A stretch of DNA of 63,594 bases, the filler included, from Conidiobolus incongruus B7586 (lineage: Eukaryota): the NCBI GenBank assembly GCA_000697335.1. It is 14 parts of 14 records of this genome, joined end to end, with 100 filler letters (N's around TTAATTAATTAA, not from the genome) between each part and the next. Parts side by side here need not be neighbours in the genome. Positions count along the whole stretch, not along the records: positions 45,691 to 54,069 come from JNEM01007272.1; positions 54,170 to 55,711 come from JNEM01007275.1; positions 55,812 to 57,365 come from JNEM01007276.1; positions 57,466 to 60,966 come from JNEM01007277.1; positions 61,067 to 62,146 come from JNEM01007278.1; positions 62,247 to 63,594 come from JNEM01007299.1; 8 more parts are not named here. One strand, written 5' to 3'. The notes below the pieces were generated by a model, which saw only the letters and a program-made list of their open reading frames with translations, had not been told where the DNA came from and did not search any database. This document shows positions 52,210-63,594 of this stretch, piece after piece; positions within the stretch are counted from its first letter, which is position 1; every line of letters starts with the position of its first letter. The position numbers were made by a program, and so were the translations under genes.

Positions 52210-53205
52210 ATGAATTCTGAATCATTTCAGATGTCTAAAGATGAAGAACCCGTATTATCAAACGAGATCACCTTCTATATTTTAGACTTATTAGTATTGA
52301 GTATATTCCCAACAATTATTACAACTATTGTTCAATATCTATTATATAAAATATTCTACTTTAGAAAGACTGCACCTTCTAAATTTTCCAAAAGGTACCA
52401 ATTTCATGCTAAATTAATATTTACAAGTCTCTATATAGGGTATACCATTTGGAGTGTTTACAATATACTACAAATACAAGCAACTAATCATTATAATATC
52501 TTAAATATTGGCAAAGACTTCAAACCTATAGAGTTGAAAAAATTATACAGTAAACTGTCTATTAATTTACATCCTGATAAAAATCCCAACGATTTAGACC
52601 TATACCTAAAAGTGAAAAAATCGTACGAAGTATTAAAGCAAGATCAAAATCGTTTCCTTTACGAAATTTTCGGGGATAAAATTTTCACGGATTGTGGTAC
52701 TAAGTGCATCGTTTTAAAAGATTACATCATGGAGGGTTTAAATCATATGGGTACTTTTTACTTTGGTACTTTAGCTTATTTTACTAGTTATTATATTATC
52801 GGTTTTCGTAGTGGCTACTATTGGAAATTTTTGATGGTGTCTTCGTGTGCTTTGTTCCATCTTTATATTATATTCCATTATGATTCGCCATTTGTTCAAA
52901 CTCTGAGATTCACACTTCCCAATAGAATGACTCTATCACAGTTAATTAACTTAATGCATCATATACTCTGGAACGTTTGCTTCATCCTTGGCTACTTCCT
53001 CCAATTATTCAGTCCTCGCGACAATTTAGACTCTGTTGTTAAGGCGGAAAGTGATGAATTATCCAAATTGTCTAACAGTATCAAATATGATGAAATCAGA
53101 GCACTTCAATACAAATTTCAAGAGATTGGCAGTTCGGGAGATCATCCTATTATTGATAAAATTTTCGAATTATACCAAATTGATCAATTGAAAAATCAAT
53201 TTTAA
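52210..53205 (+). CDS. Multi-pass membrane DnaJ (J-domain) protein
   Basis: NHYNILNI..ELKKLYSKLSINLHPDKN..VKKSYEVLK..RFLYEIFG J-domain with HPD, flanked by hydrophobic segments. Confidence 0.9.
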   Translation: MNSESFQMSKDEEPVLSNEITFYILDLLVLSIFPTIITTIVQYLLYKIFYFRKTAPSKFSKRYQFHAKLIFTSLYIGYTIWSVYNILQIQATNHYNILNIGKDFKPIELKKLYSKLSINLHPDKNPNDLDLYLKVKKSYEVLKQDQNRFLYEIFGDKIFTDCGTKCIVLKDYIMEGLNHMGTFYFGTLAYFTSYYIIGFRSGYYWKFLMVSSCALFHLYIIFHYDSPFVQTLRFTLPNRMTLSQLINLMHHILWNVCFILGYFLQLFSPRDNLDSVVKAESDELSKLSNSIKYDEIRALQYKFQEIGSSGDHPIIDKIFELYQIDQLKNQF

Positions 53206-54518
53206 TAAATGAGCATATTTGCATTCAATCAATTCACTATATTTTTTTTAATGATTTTTAAAAATTATTAATATAATCTTACTCACTTATATTAATAGTA
53301 AAATAAAAATTAAAGACAAAATTCTGAACCAATAATATCATGGTATTAAAATTCATATGGAATAATATTTTGAAAATTGATTACTTGAGAACTAAATATA
53401 AATCAGTATATAGATAACAAAATTTCCTAATACAGTTGCAGAATTCAAATACTTTTACCCGTGAAGCCTCAAATTATCTGCATGAAACTGAATAAATTGT
53501 GTACATTGATGAAAGTTAATAAAACAGTATGTTAATTTTGTGACCCCATTTAAATTAAACTCCGTTTCAATATTGAAATGATGGAATGTTAAAAATTTGC
53601 CAAAGTATCCTCCTAATTCAAGCTCAACTGGTTATTCTAAATTGCATGGTCCCATTCATCACTACCACTAATCTAAATTCAATGATAAATCTAAATCGTT
53701 CGCGAAACTTTAAGGCTTATTGATTCTAAATTTTAATCTGATTACTTCTCTTTAAAATAAATTTAACCGTTACTATATCAATATTATTTATGCATTTGAT
53801 CCAATTTATCACAGAATTGATTTTCTCATTAAGTGGCTAATAATTTTCAAAAGTTTAATATAACCAATACATTATTAAAAAGTGTCATATTAAATATATA
53901 ATTTTAAAGATAAATTAAAATAGGATACCAATTATATAATTTAATAATAAAATATTAAATTTAAAATTAAAAAAAAATATATTTTTTTAATTTATAAATA
54001 TGAATTAATATAAATTTAATAACTATTAAAAAAATATTTTATAGAATACAATTTAAATTATATAATTTTNNNNNNNNNNNNNNNNNNNNNNNNNNNNNNN
54101 NNNNNNNNNNNNNTTAATTAATTAANNNNNNNNNNNNNNNNNNNNNNNNNNNNNNNNNNNNNNNNNNNNAATATTTAATATTTATTAACTAATTAAATAT
54201 CTTTTATTTAAATTTAATAATAAAAAAATTTTAATTTAATAAAATAATTTATTTTATTTTTATATCTAATATTATATATTAACCTATAAAAGTAAGTTAT
54301 AAAATCAAAAATACTTATACTTTTACTAATAACTTAATTAATATTTAATAAAATAAACCTAAATTAAATAATTAAAATCTATTATATTTATTAATCATAT
54401 ATATCAATAAATTATGATATTTAGTTATTAATTGGTTAAAAAATAAACCTTTAAATTTTACCTAAAGTAAGTTATAAATTTATAGGTTTTTAGTGATATA
54501 AAAAATTAAAACTTAGTA

Positions 54519-55946
54519 TTACTTTGTAATTTAAATAATGGGAATTTTTTGAAATTGAAAAAAAATAAACATTTTAATATATACAAAATAATAAATAAAT
54601 ATATAATATAAAATTAATAATTTCTTTTATTTCTAATAACTTTTTGCTATACTTTTAGCAAAGATCTAACACCTAAAAATCAGTTTTTTTTATTAAAGAC
54701 TGAAATTTGATATTTCACAAACCAATTAAATTTTCCTGTAGAAATTTTCTTTCCTGCAAGCTGGTTTTTTAATTGCCTAAAACAATTATAATCATATAGG
54801 TTATAATCTAAGGAATATACTGGATGTGGTAGTTCTTTCTAGTTATTTTTAATTAGAAAGTTTTTTACAACTTTAGATTTATGTATTTTGTAATTATCAT
54901 GCAAAATAATAGGTCTTCTCAAATTATATTGAAAATACCAATTAGAAATAGTTTTATTTAAAAAAGAAATATAAAGTTTACTATTAATAAATTTTCCTTT
55001 AGGAACTAAATAAGAATAGCATATGCTATTATAATCTATTGCTACAATTAACATTCACTTATCAATAAAGTGCTTATTTAAAGGAATTTGTAGAGGGGGT
55101 TGATTTGGTTTAATCCAACACTTTGATTTATGTTTTAGCAAAGGATTATACAAAAGAATCCAAGATTCATCAATTGTAATAATTTGCTGTAAAAGCCTTG
55201 GTCTCTGGTTATACCTTAGTAAGTTTTGTTTAGTAATAGCTACTCTAGCTTTTTTTTAAGCTTTAGTTAAATTATAAGGTACCCATTTTACATTTTTATT
55301 AATTAATTTTAATTTAAACTTTAATATATATAAAATACTTGTGTGACTAATATTAAAATGTTTTGATAATTCTCTAACTGAAATAAAAGGGTGCTTTTCA
55401 ATATAATTTTTTACTTTATTAATAATTAGAAGAGTGACAGTTGAAATTAGTTTTCCAGATTTTAGCAAGTTTTAGGTAGTTTCTCTCCTAGCTTTAAAGT
55501 AATTTACCCAGCAATAAATTGTTGATTTAGATAATACTTCATTACCAAAAGCTGTTTGTAAATTTTGAATGATTTTAGAGGGTTTGTGGTTAAGTTTTAC
55601 TGATACTAAAATAAAAGACTTTTGATGGTCACTATTTGGTTTAAGTATAATTAAATTAAACAACTAATTTTAAAAAATTCATTTTTTAATCAAAAAAATT
55701 ATTATATATATNNNNNNNNNNNNNNNNNNNNNNNNNNNNNNNNNNNNNNNNNNNNTTAATTAATTAANNNNNNNNNNNNNNNNNNNNNNNNNNNNNNNNN
55801 NNNNNNNNNNNTATATATATATATATATATAATTCAAAACTATTTATTTTCCTATTTGTTTTGTATATATTTGTTTATTTGAAACTAATAATATGTTTGA
55901 AAAATTAGAAATTAAAAAATTTCCCATTTCTTTAATTCTATGGTAA
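54519..55946 (-). mobile_element. Mariner (DD34D) element, full length, TA TSD
   Basis: Imperfect TIRs ttactttgtaatttaaataatgggaatttttt / aaaaaatttcccatttctttaattctatggtaa. TA at 54517-54518 and 55947-55948. The assembly gap falls in its (TA)n tract. Confidence 0.93.
54614..55648 (-). pseudogene. Mariner transposase pseudogene (345 codons, single frame)
   Basis: ORFs 55472..55663, 55256..55468 and 54839..55054 share one frame. Motifs KWVPYNL, IITIDESW, ILHDN, HPVYSLDYNLYD, with 34 residues between D2 and D3. Start ATG>ATA (ATG intact at 61972). Confidence 0.92.
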
Positions 55947-57755
55947 TATATTTATATTTAACTTTTCTAACTTTTATAAGTTTATAAGATATAAAGTTAA
56001 TTAACTTTTTTATATTAAAAAAGGTTAATCTTGTTTTATACTTCTTAAATATATTTTTAAAGTTAATCTAAATTTTTTATTAAGGGGAAAACTATAATAC
56101 CTTTTTTTAACTGATTCTAAAGGTATTTAATTAGGTTAAAGTTAAGAAATTAAAGAAACCACTTTATAACTATTATTTTATTATTTTTAAGCTATTTGGT
56201 AGTGAAAGCTATAATATAATAAAAAGCATTATCTTGCTAAAAAATAATATCAGATTTATTTAACCTATATTATTTAATGAATTTTTTTAATTCATTGTTT
56301 AGAATATTTTAGTACATTTTAATATTAATTCCCTTATTAATTTTACAAAAATACCTTATATCTAAAGATAATATATATCCTTAAATAATAATTAACCCAT
56401 TATTATATTTTTAGGTAAAATTATTATAATAGTTACAAAATAATTCTTTATCTTTTTTAAACTATTTAATCTTTTTATTAAATCCACTAAGATATATTTT
56501 TGTTTTATTAAACTAAATAACCTTATTCTAATTAGTTTTAGTTTAATATTAATGGCAATATTTAAACTCTTACCTAGTTTTATAATAGAATTTCTTTAAT
56601 TAAAGGTGTTTTTTCTTAAAGTGAAAGTAGTATCTATACTAATGTAAAACATATATAATAGTATTAGTATAAATTAATATTATTGTATAGTCTTATAATT
56701 CCTGTTATATTTTTATAATAATAGCATATTTGTTTATACTAACTAATTTATAAATATACTTCTCATTATATTTATTTATAATTTTAACATACTTAAGTTT
56801 AAATATATTTTTATTGTTATTCTTAATAACTTTAACTCTAGTAAATTAGCTAACATTTGCAATTCTAATTATATCAAAAGTTGATTTATTTTTTTTATAA
56901 AGTTGATTAATATATAAGTAGATTTTTTTAGAAAGGGATTTAAGTATAATAATTCTAATAAAAAAAATTTAGTATATCTGTAAAATATTATATAAAATAA
57001 TAGCAAAAAGAGAAAAAAGATATGGTTATATATTGTTAAATATATCCCTTTATCTCAAAAACCCACAAATTTATGACTTACCTTAGTTAAATATTAAGGG
57101 TTAATATTTTTGTTAATAGTTTACTAAATATATCTAAATATATCTAAATATATTTATTTATTATTAAATAATATACTTTAATTATATATCATAGTTTCAA
57201 GTAATCTAATATATACAATTGTTTTAGTTATTAATTAAAATATATATATTTTTGATTTTATGACTTATTTTTGTAAGTCAGTGTATTTAATATTTTTTTT
57301 TAATTTATTATTTAAAATATTTTAATATATCTCAATATTAATTCCTTTGTTAAATTTATAAAAATNNNNNNNNNNNNNNNNNNNNNNNNNNNNNNNNNNN
57401 NNNNNNNNNTTAATTAATTAANNNNNNNNNNNNNNNNNNNNNNNNNNNNNNNNNNNNNNNNNNNNTATATTAAGAAGATTAATTAAAAATCATTTTATTT
57501 AAAAAATAAAATAATAATTTTTTTTTCAATGATTTTCCTGTAAAGATTAAATAAAAATAATATATATTTTTCAATTTATTAAATCTATTTAAATTAATTT
57601 ATAGTTAAAATATTTATTAATAAAAAGTTTATAAAGAAAATTTTAATTTAAACCAATATTTTAATTTATATTTAAATAAAAAATTATATAAAAAATATAT
57701 TATCTATTAAAAATAATAATTAAATATAAATACCTTATTTTTTAAATATAATATA

Positions 57756-60700
57756 TATAAGCATAGTGGTATAATACCAATATAGTATAGAGGAAGATTT
57801 TAATATAAAAGTAATATATTATTAAATATAGTATTATAGTATATCTATAATATGCAATTATAAACAAAGTCTAATTAAGCTTCAAATTAAGATAAGTCAC
57901 TGATATATTAAGATTTATATTAGGTAGTGTTAATATACTATAATATTGATAGAGTATAGTTTTAATTTTAGAAATAATATAAAAATAAAAAACAATAAGA
58001 ATTGAGAGAAAAAAGAAGAACCTGGTTTATTAGATAATTTAATATTATTTATATAATTAATTTAATTATAAGAGTATAAATTAGTCATATAATTTATAAT
58101 TAATTAAATTATATAGAAATATATATAGTAATTTAAAAAACTAGTCTTTTAACACTCCCTTAGTAGGTTTTTTAAAAGAGACACACTCTTTAGACTTTTA
58201 TAAATAAATATAATAAGCTGAGGTATTCTTAATATTTTCTAGAGATTCTTATATAACTTCTTTAATAAGATAACTTATTTATTTTATATAAAAATAAAGT
58301 TTATTCCTAATTAATTTAAATTTAATTATATAATCAATATAGTATTTTTCTTCTCTATTTTATTCAATTATTAAATCTAGTTTTAAAGCTTTTAATCAAT
58401 TAAGAAAAGTATCAAAATCTTCAAAATAAGGTTTGATTTTAGATATGAGAAAGGTAAAGTTAATTCTCAAAGTTAAAGGTAATTCTAAGGTAATATTTTC
58501 AAAATATGAAACAATAAATAAAATTTTATAAAGGTTATAATATTATAGTAAATATTTTAGATTTAAGCTAGATTTAAATAAGATAAGTTTAAGGGTAGAT
58601 TATTGTAAATATAAAAACATATTAATTTTATATTTAAGAGGATTTCTAAATAACTTTAAATATTATTATTTTATGATCTTTTAGTTTTCTTCCAAGTTGA
58701 ATTTAATAAAGGAATTAATATACTTGATATTAGATGAAAATTCAACAAAATCTAAAGGTAAATTAATTTAGAGTTTTAGAGCAATTATTAAATTAGGATA
58801 TTTGTTATAATTATTAAAATAAAGGCTAAAACCTGTTGATTTATTAATCAAGATAATAAATAAATATTAGAATTAGTAAATATAGGTATTTTATTTTAAC
58901 TGATTAATATTAATAAAAACTTTAATCATTTACTATAAAGTTTAAATAGTTTTTTTAATAAGTTTATTAGTTTAGTGATGATTAATAGTAGATATAGCTA
59001 GATTAATCTTAAGGGAAAAGGATAATAACTTTTAAAATTAAAAGTTGAATTATATATCTTAATTAAATATAATAGTTTGTAGAATTTTATAATAGGTAAA
59101 AATATTAAAAAATAATAGTTATATAATATCTTTAAGTATAGAAGTTTTGAAATAAATAATAAAATTAATATATTTAGAAAATAACTCAATTAAAATTAGT
59201 TAGATATTATAACTAGTTGTTGATTTAAGAATTTTTATAAAATTAAGCTATATTTATTATTAAGTTTTATTAGAGACTTATAAAAGAGTAAGTTTACTAT
59301 ATTTTAATTTGATATTATATTTATTTTTTCAGTATATATTACAAGTATTAATGTATTTCTAAACTAATTTAATTACAGAAAACTAGTAATATTTTATTAT
59401 AATTCTTTCAACAACCTTTAATTAGTTTTGATATCCTCTAATAAGTAAGTTATAATATTTATAAAATATTGCTTGTTAAATCTTAAATTTATTAAATATA
59501 TATAAACAATTATTAAAATTTAATAAGTTATCAATGATTTTAAATCTTTTAACATATTTTAATTGGTTTTTTAATAGTTTAGATAGTTTTTCTTTAATTA
59601 ATATAAAGAAATTATTAATTAATAGTGTTTCTTAAAATAGTTTAATAAATTTTTTATTTCCTTTATTAATAATCATTTAGTTAGTATTTATTAGGTATTT
59701 AAATTAAAATTAAAAATAAGAATGTAAGATTTTTTGACAAAGTATTTATAATATAATTTTATTAACCTAAGAGATATTAGATAATAAAAAGATAAGCTTA
59801 AATAGTTTTAATTTATCTATCTTGTTTTCTTAATAAATACTCTTTAATATTAAAGTAAATAAGTGATTTGTAATTTATAAGTGTTAAAAAAAAATTACAA
59901 GATAAGAAATATAAATGATTTTTGATTATTTCTACTAAGATGAAAAGTTTTTATTTATAAACTAGGTATTTTAATTCAACTAGCTTTATTTTTCTTAACT
60001 AGAATGTTATTAACTTTAAAGTAACATTTGTAAAGTTAAATTTAACTTATTCTCCCTTATTTATTATTTATCTTATAGTTAAAAAATAAAATATAAATTA
60101 AATTTAAATTAAGCTAACTATTTACTAATTGTAAAAGAATTAAAGTTAATAAAAATAATAATAGATATTTTAAAATTAAAAATAAATAAAATAAAAATAT
60201 TAATAATATAAAAAATTAAAGCATTTAGGTAAAAAATATATAATATGATTTATTTAAAAAAAGAGTCTTTTCTCAAAAGATTAATTAGGGGAGTTATAAG
60301 TTTAATATAAGATTTAATCAAATCTTTGAAGTAATTTAATAATTTAAATATAAATATAAGTTAATCTTAATTTATAAATATAATAAAAACTCTTGTATCA
60401 TTAGATTTAGTTAAATCAATACTAATTCCTTATGAAAAAATAATATAACTATAAAAGAAGATATGAGGGATATTAAAAATATATTCTTATAGTTTTAAAA
60501 ATAATTTATAATCTTGAATAATTTATAGGATTAAATTAATATATTAAATATATTCTTTTTTAGTTTTTAAATAGATTAACATATTATTAAAATAAATAAT
60601 AATAAAGCTATCAAAGATAAAATTAAAAAGGGAATTGAAAAATTAAGTAAAAGTTATAAAGGTATTATATAATTTAAAGTTTATAACAGTAAATTTATAG

Positions 60701-60762
60701 TAGCTTAGTAAAATATTAAAAATAGTTAAAGAAATAGAATTTTCTTTAACTTTAATATTATT
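57756..60762 (-). mobile_element. Second, 5'-truncated copy of the Gypsy element (3' LTR 57756-58154, PPT, integrase through part of RT)
   Basis: Colinear with 234-~3238; LTR ends ttttaaca followed by ctccct. Confidence 0.92.
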
Positions 60763-61066
60763 ATAATATATTTAAAAAAATGCTCTATATAAATAAATAG
60801 TTTTAAGAATAAGTAAGTTAATTTATTTTTTAATTTCTTATTCTTTTTTTTAACTCCCTTATGATTTAAAATAAAATATAACATAAATATACTAAATTCT
60901 AATATATTGTAAATATAAGATATTTTAAAACTATGGTTATTACATTATATTTTTAATAATAAGAATNNNNNNNNNNNNNNNNNNNNNNNNNNNNNNNNNN
61001 NNNNNNNNNNTTAATTAATTAANNNNNNNNNNNNNNNNNNNNNNNNNNNNNNNNNNNNNNNNNNNN

Positions 61067-61782
61067 ATAAAAATAAATATATAATATAAACTTTATAGTT
61101 TCATTTATTATTAATAACTTTTTACTATATTTTTAACAAAGATCTAACACCTAAAAAATAATTTATTTATTAAAGACTAAAATTTTATATTTACAAACCA
61201 ATTAAATTTTCTTATAGAAATTTACTTTTCTATAAACTAGTTTTGTAATTACCTAAAGCAATTATAATCACATAGGTTATAATTTAAAAATTATACTAGA
61301 TATGGTAGTTTTTTCCAGTTATTTTTAATTAGAAAGTTTTTTACAACTTTAAATTTATGTATTTTGTAATTATTATGTAAAATAATAAGTTTTTTCAAAA
61401 TATATTGAGAACACCAATTAAAAATACTTTTATTTAAGAAAAACAATATAAAGTTTATTATTAAATGATTTTTCTTCAAGAACTATATAAGAAAAGTGTA
61501 TAATATTATAATCTATTACAAAAATTAACATTTATTTATTAATAAAATATTTATTTAAAGGGATTTATAAAGGTGGTTAATTTAGCTTAATTTAGCATCT
61601 TGATTTGTGTTTAAGTAAAGGATTTTATATAAAGATTTAAGATTCATAAATTATAATTATTTATTATAAAAGTTTAAGCTTTTAGTAATATTTAAGTAAG
61701 CTTTATATAGAAATAATTAATCTAGTTTTTTTTTAAATTTTAATTAAATTATAAGGTACCTATTTTATATTTTTATTTATTA
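61067..61782 (-). mobile_element. Mariner sister copy (3' portion), interrupted by another mariner
   Basis: Colinear with ~54585-55304. ORF 61291..61479 contains IILHNNYKIH..KNNWKKLP. Confidence 0.85.
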
Positions 61783-62146
61783 TTACCATAGAATTGAAGA
61801 AATGGGAAATTTTTTAGTTTCCAATTTTTCAAACATATTATTAGTTTCAAATAAGCAAATATATACAAAACAAATAGGAAAATAAATAGTTTTGAATTAT
61901 ATATATATATATATATAATAATTATTTTGATTAAAAAATGAATTTTTTAAAATTAGTTGTTTAATTTAATCATGCTTAAACCAAATAGTGACCATCAAAA
62001 GTCTTTTATTTTAGTATCAGTAAAACTTAACCACAAACCCTCTAAAATCATTCAAAATTTACAAACAGCTTTTGGTAATGAAGCATTATCTAAATCAACA
62101 ATTTATTGCTGGGTAAATTACTTTAAGGCTAGGAGAGAAACTACCC
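61783..62146 (+). mobile_element. Mariner 5' end (TIR, (TA)n, ATG at 61972), lightly mutated, truncated by a gap
   Basis: TA-ttaccatagaattgaagaaatgggaaatttttt; MLKPNSDHQKSFILVSVKL. Confidence 0.9.
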
Positions 62147-63084
62147 NNNNNNNNNNNNNNNNNNNNNNNNNNNNNNNNNNNNNNNNNNNNTTAATTAATT
62201 AANNNNNNNNNNNNNNNNNNNNNNNNNNNNNNNNNNNNNNNNNNNNAATTAATTAATAACTAAAATAATTAAATATATTAAATATTATTTTTAATAAAAC
62301 AATATTATTTGCAATGCTATAATTATTATTATAAAGATATCAATTAATAATAAGTAATTATTATATAATAGTTATTTTAATACTTTAATTTCAATCTTAT
62401 CAAATATCTTCAAAACTAATGAAAAAATAATTAAAGTTTTTTTTTGATAAAAAATTTTGATAAACTTAAAAAGTATTTTTAAATACTTAGAATAAAATTA
62501 ATCTCATTTAATATAAAAATCTAGTTGAATTTATACCTGATAATTTGAAAAAATTTAATAAACAAATAATAATTATAATATTTATTAATTTTCATATTAT
62601 AATTATAATTTATAAATCCATACCAAATCTTAAATAAATATTAAATATTAATATAGTAACTAATATATAGTTAAATTTAAACAACTATATTTTATAAAAA
62701 ATAAAAAAAATTATTAATTATTTAGTTTAATAAAAATGTATTTAAATTTGGATAAATAAAATTAATAATAAAAATATATATGATTAATTTTATAACTCAA
62801 TTTTGCAAGTAAGTATATATTATTTATAGTAATTTTTTTATTATATTATTTTTAATTTGAATATTGATTATCATTATATATATTTAAATTAAATTATAAT
62901 CTTCGAAAGTCTTTTTTTAATATTAAAAATTAATTATCAACCCTGTAATTTATTTAAAATATATAAAAAACGTATAAAAATAATATTTTATTCCTAACTA
63001 CCATTTATTGCTAAAATTACTATTATAAAGCTAAAAGGGATATTATTTATAATTTCCTGAAATTTAAGTAAATAATTTTTATTA

Positions 63085-63594
63085 TTAGTATGGAAATTAA
63101 GAAATGGCAAATTTTTTAATTTCTGATCTTTCAAACATATTATATGTTTTGAAAGATTATATATATATAAAATATATAGGAAAATAAATATTTTCAAACT
63201 ATATGTATATATTCAATTTTAATTATTTTTTTTATTAAAATATTTTGATTTTAAAATTTACACTTAAATTTAATCATGCTTAAACCAGATTGTGATTATC
63301 AAAAGGCTTTTATTTTTGTATCTTTAAAACTTAACTATAAACCCTCTAAAATCATCTAAAACTTGCAAACAGCTTATGGAGATGGTGTTTTATCTAAAAC
63401 TACCATATATCACTGGATTTGTGATTTTAAAGCTGGAAGGGACACTATTCAAAATTTACCAAAATCTAGAAGACTAATTTCTACTGTTACTCTTTCACTT
63501 ACTAATAGAGTAAAAAAATATATTAAGAAATACCCTTTTATTTCTGCTAGAGAACTATCAAAGCAATTTAATATTAATTATACAAGCATGTTAT
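63085..63594 (+). mobile_element. Mariner second subfamily, 5' part (ATG at 63276), runs off the window
   Basis: TA-ttagtatggaaattaagaaatggcaaatttttt TIR variant; MLKPDCDYQKAFIFVSLKLNYKPSKII*NLQTAYGDGVLSKTTIYHW. Confidence 0.85.

Larger units (their letters stand above)
54277..57284 (-). mobile_element. Tc1 full-length copy interrupted by a mariner (54519-55946)
   Basis: TIRs tattaacctataaaagt (54277) and tttgtaagtcagtg (~57284). The halves 54277-54518 and 55947-57284 rejoin colinearly with 29918-31482. Confidence 0.9.

Overview
This is a very AT-rich eukaryotic (fungal) scaffold segment. Its contigs are joined by 13 artificial 100-bp linkers (N44-TTAATTAATTAA-N44). The gene set, short introns, divergent LSU rRNA and AT content suggest an early-diverging fungus, possibly Zoopagomycota/Entomophthorales; this placement is inference. 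Host genes are sparse: a Zn(II)2Cys6 transcription factor, RPN12 (5 exons), MUB1/samB (MYND), Y14/RBM8A, a membrane DnaJ protein, tRNA-Ile(AAT), tRNA-Lys(CTT), an LSU rRNA fragment and an intact orphan HTH ORF resembling a transposase N-terminus. About a third of the window is transposons: a full-length chromovirus-type Ty3/Gypsy (LTRs, PPT, AAATT target-site duplication) plus a truncated copy, an IR/DR-type Tc1 (DD34E) family and a mariner (DD34D) family, often nested in each other. Main observation: the multicopy elements are colinear and the two full-length DNA transposases checked keep their reading frame, yet they are saturated with C>T/G>A transitions (CpG lost first, then CpA/TpG). Genes, tRNAs and rDNA are untouched. 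This is a RIP-like repeat-directed hypermutation signature in what looks like a non-Dikarya fungus. At three nested insertions the TA target site corresponds to CA/TG in a less-mutated sister copy, so the mutator appears to have created the landing sites.
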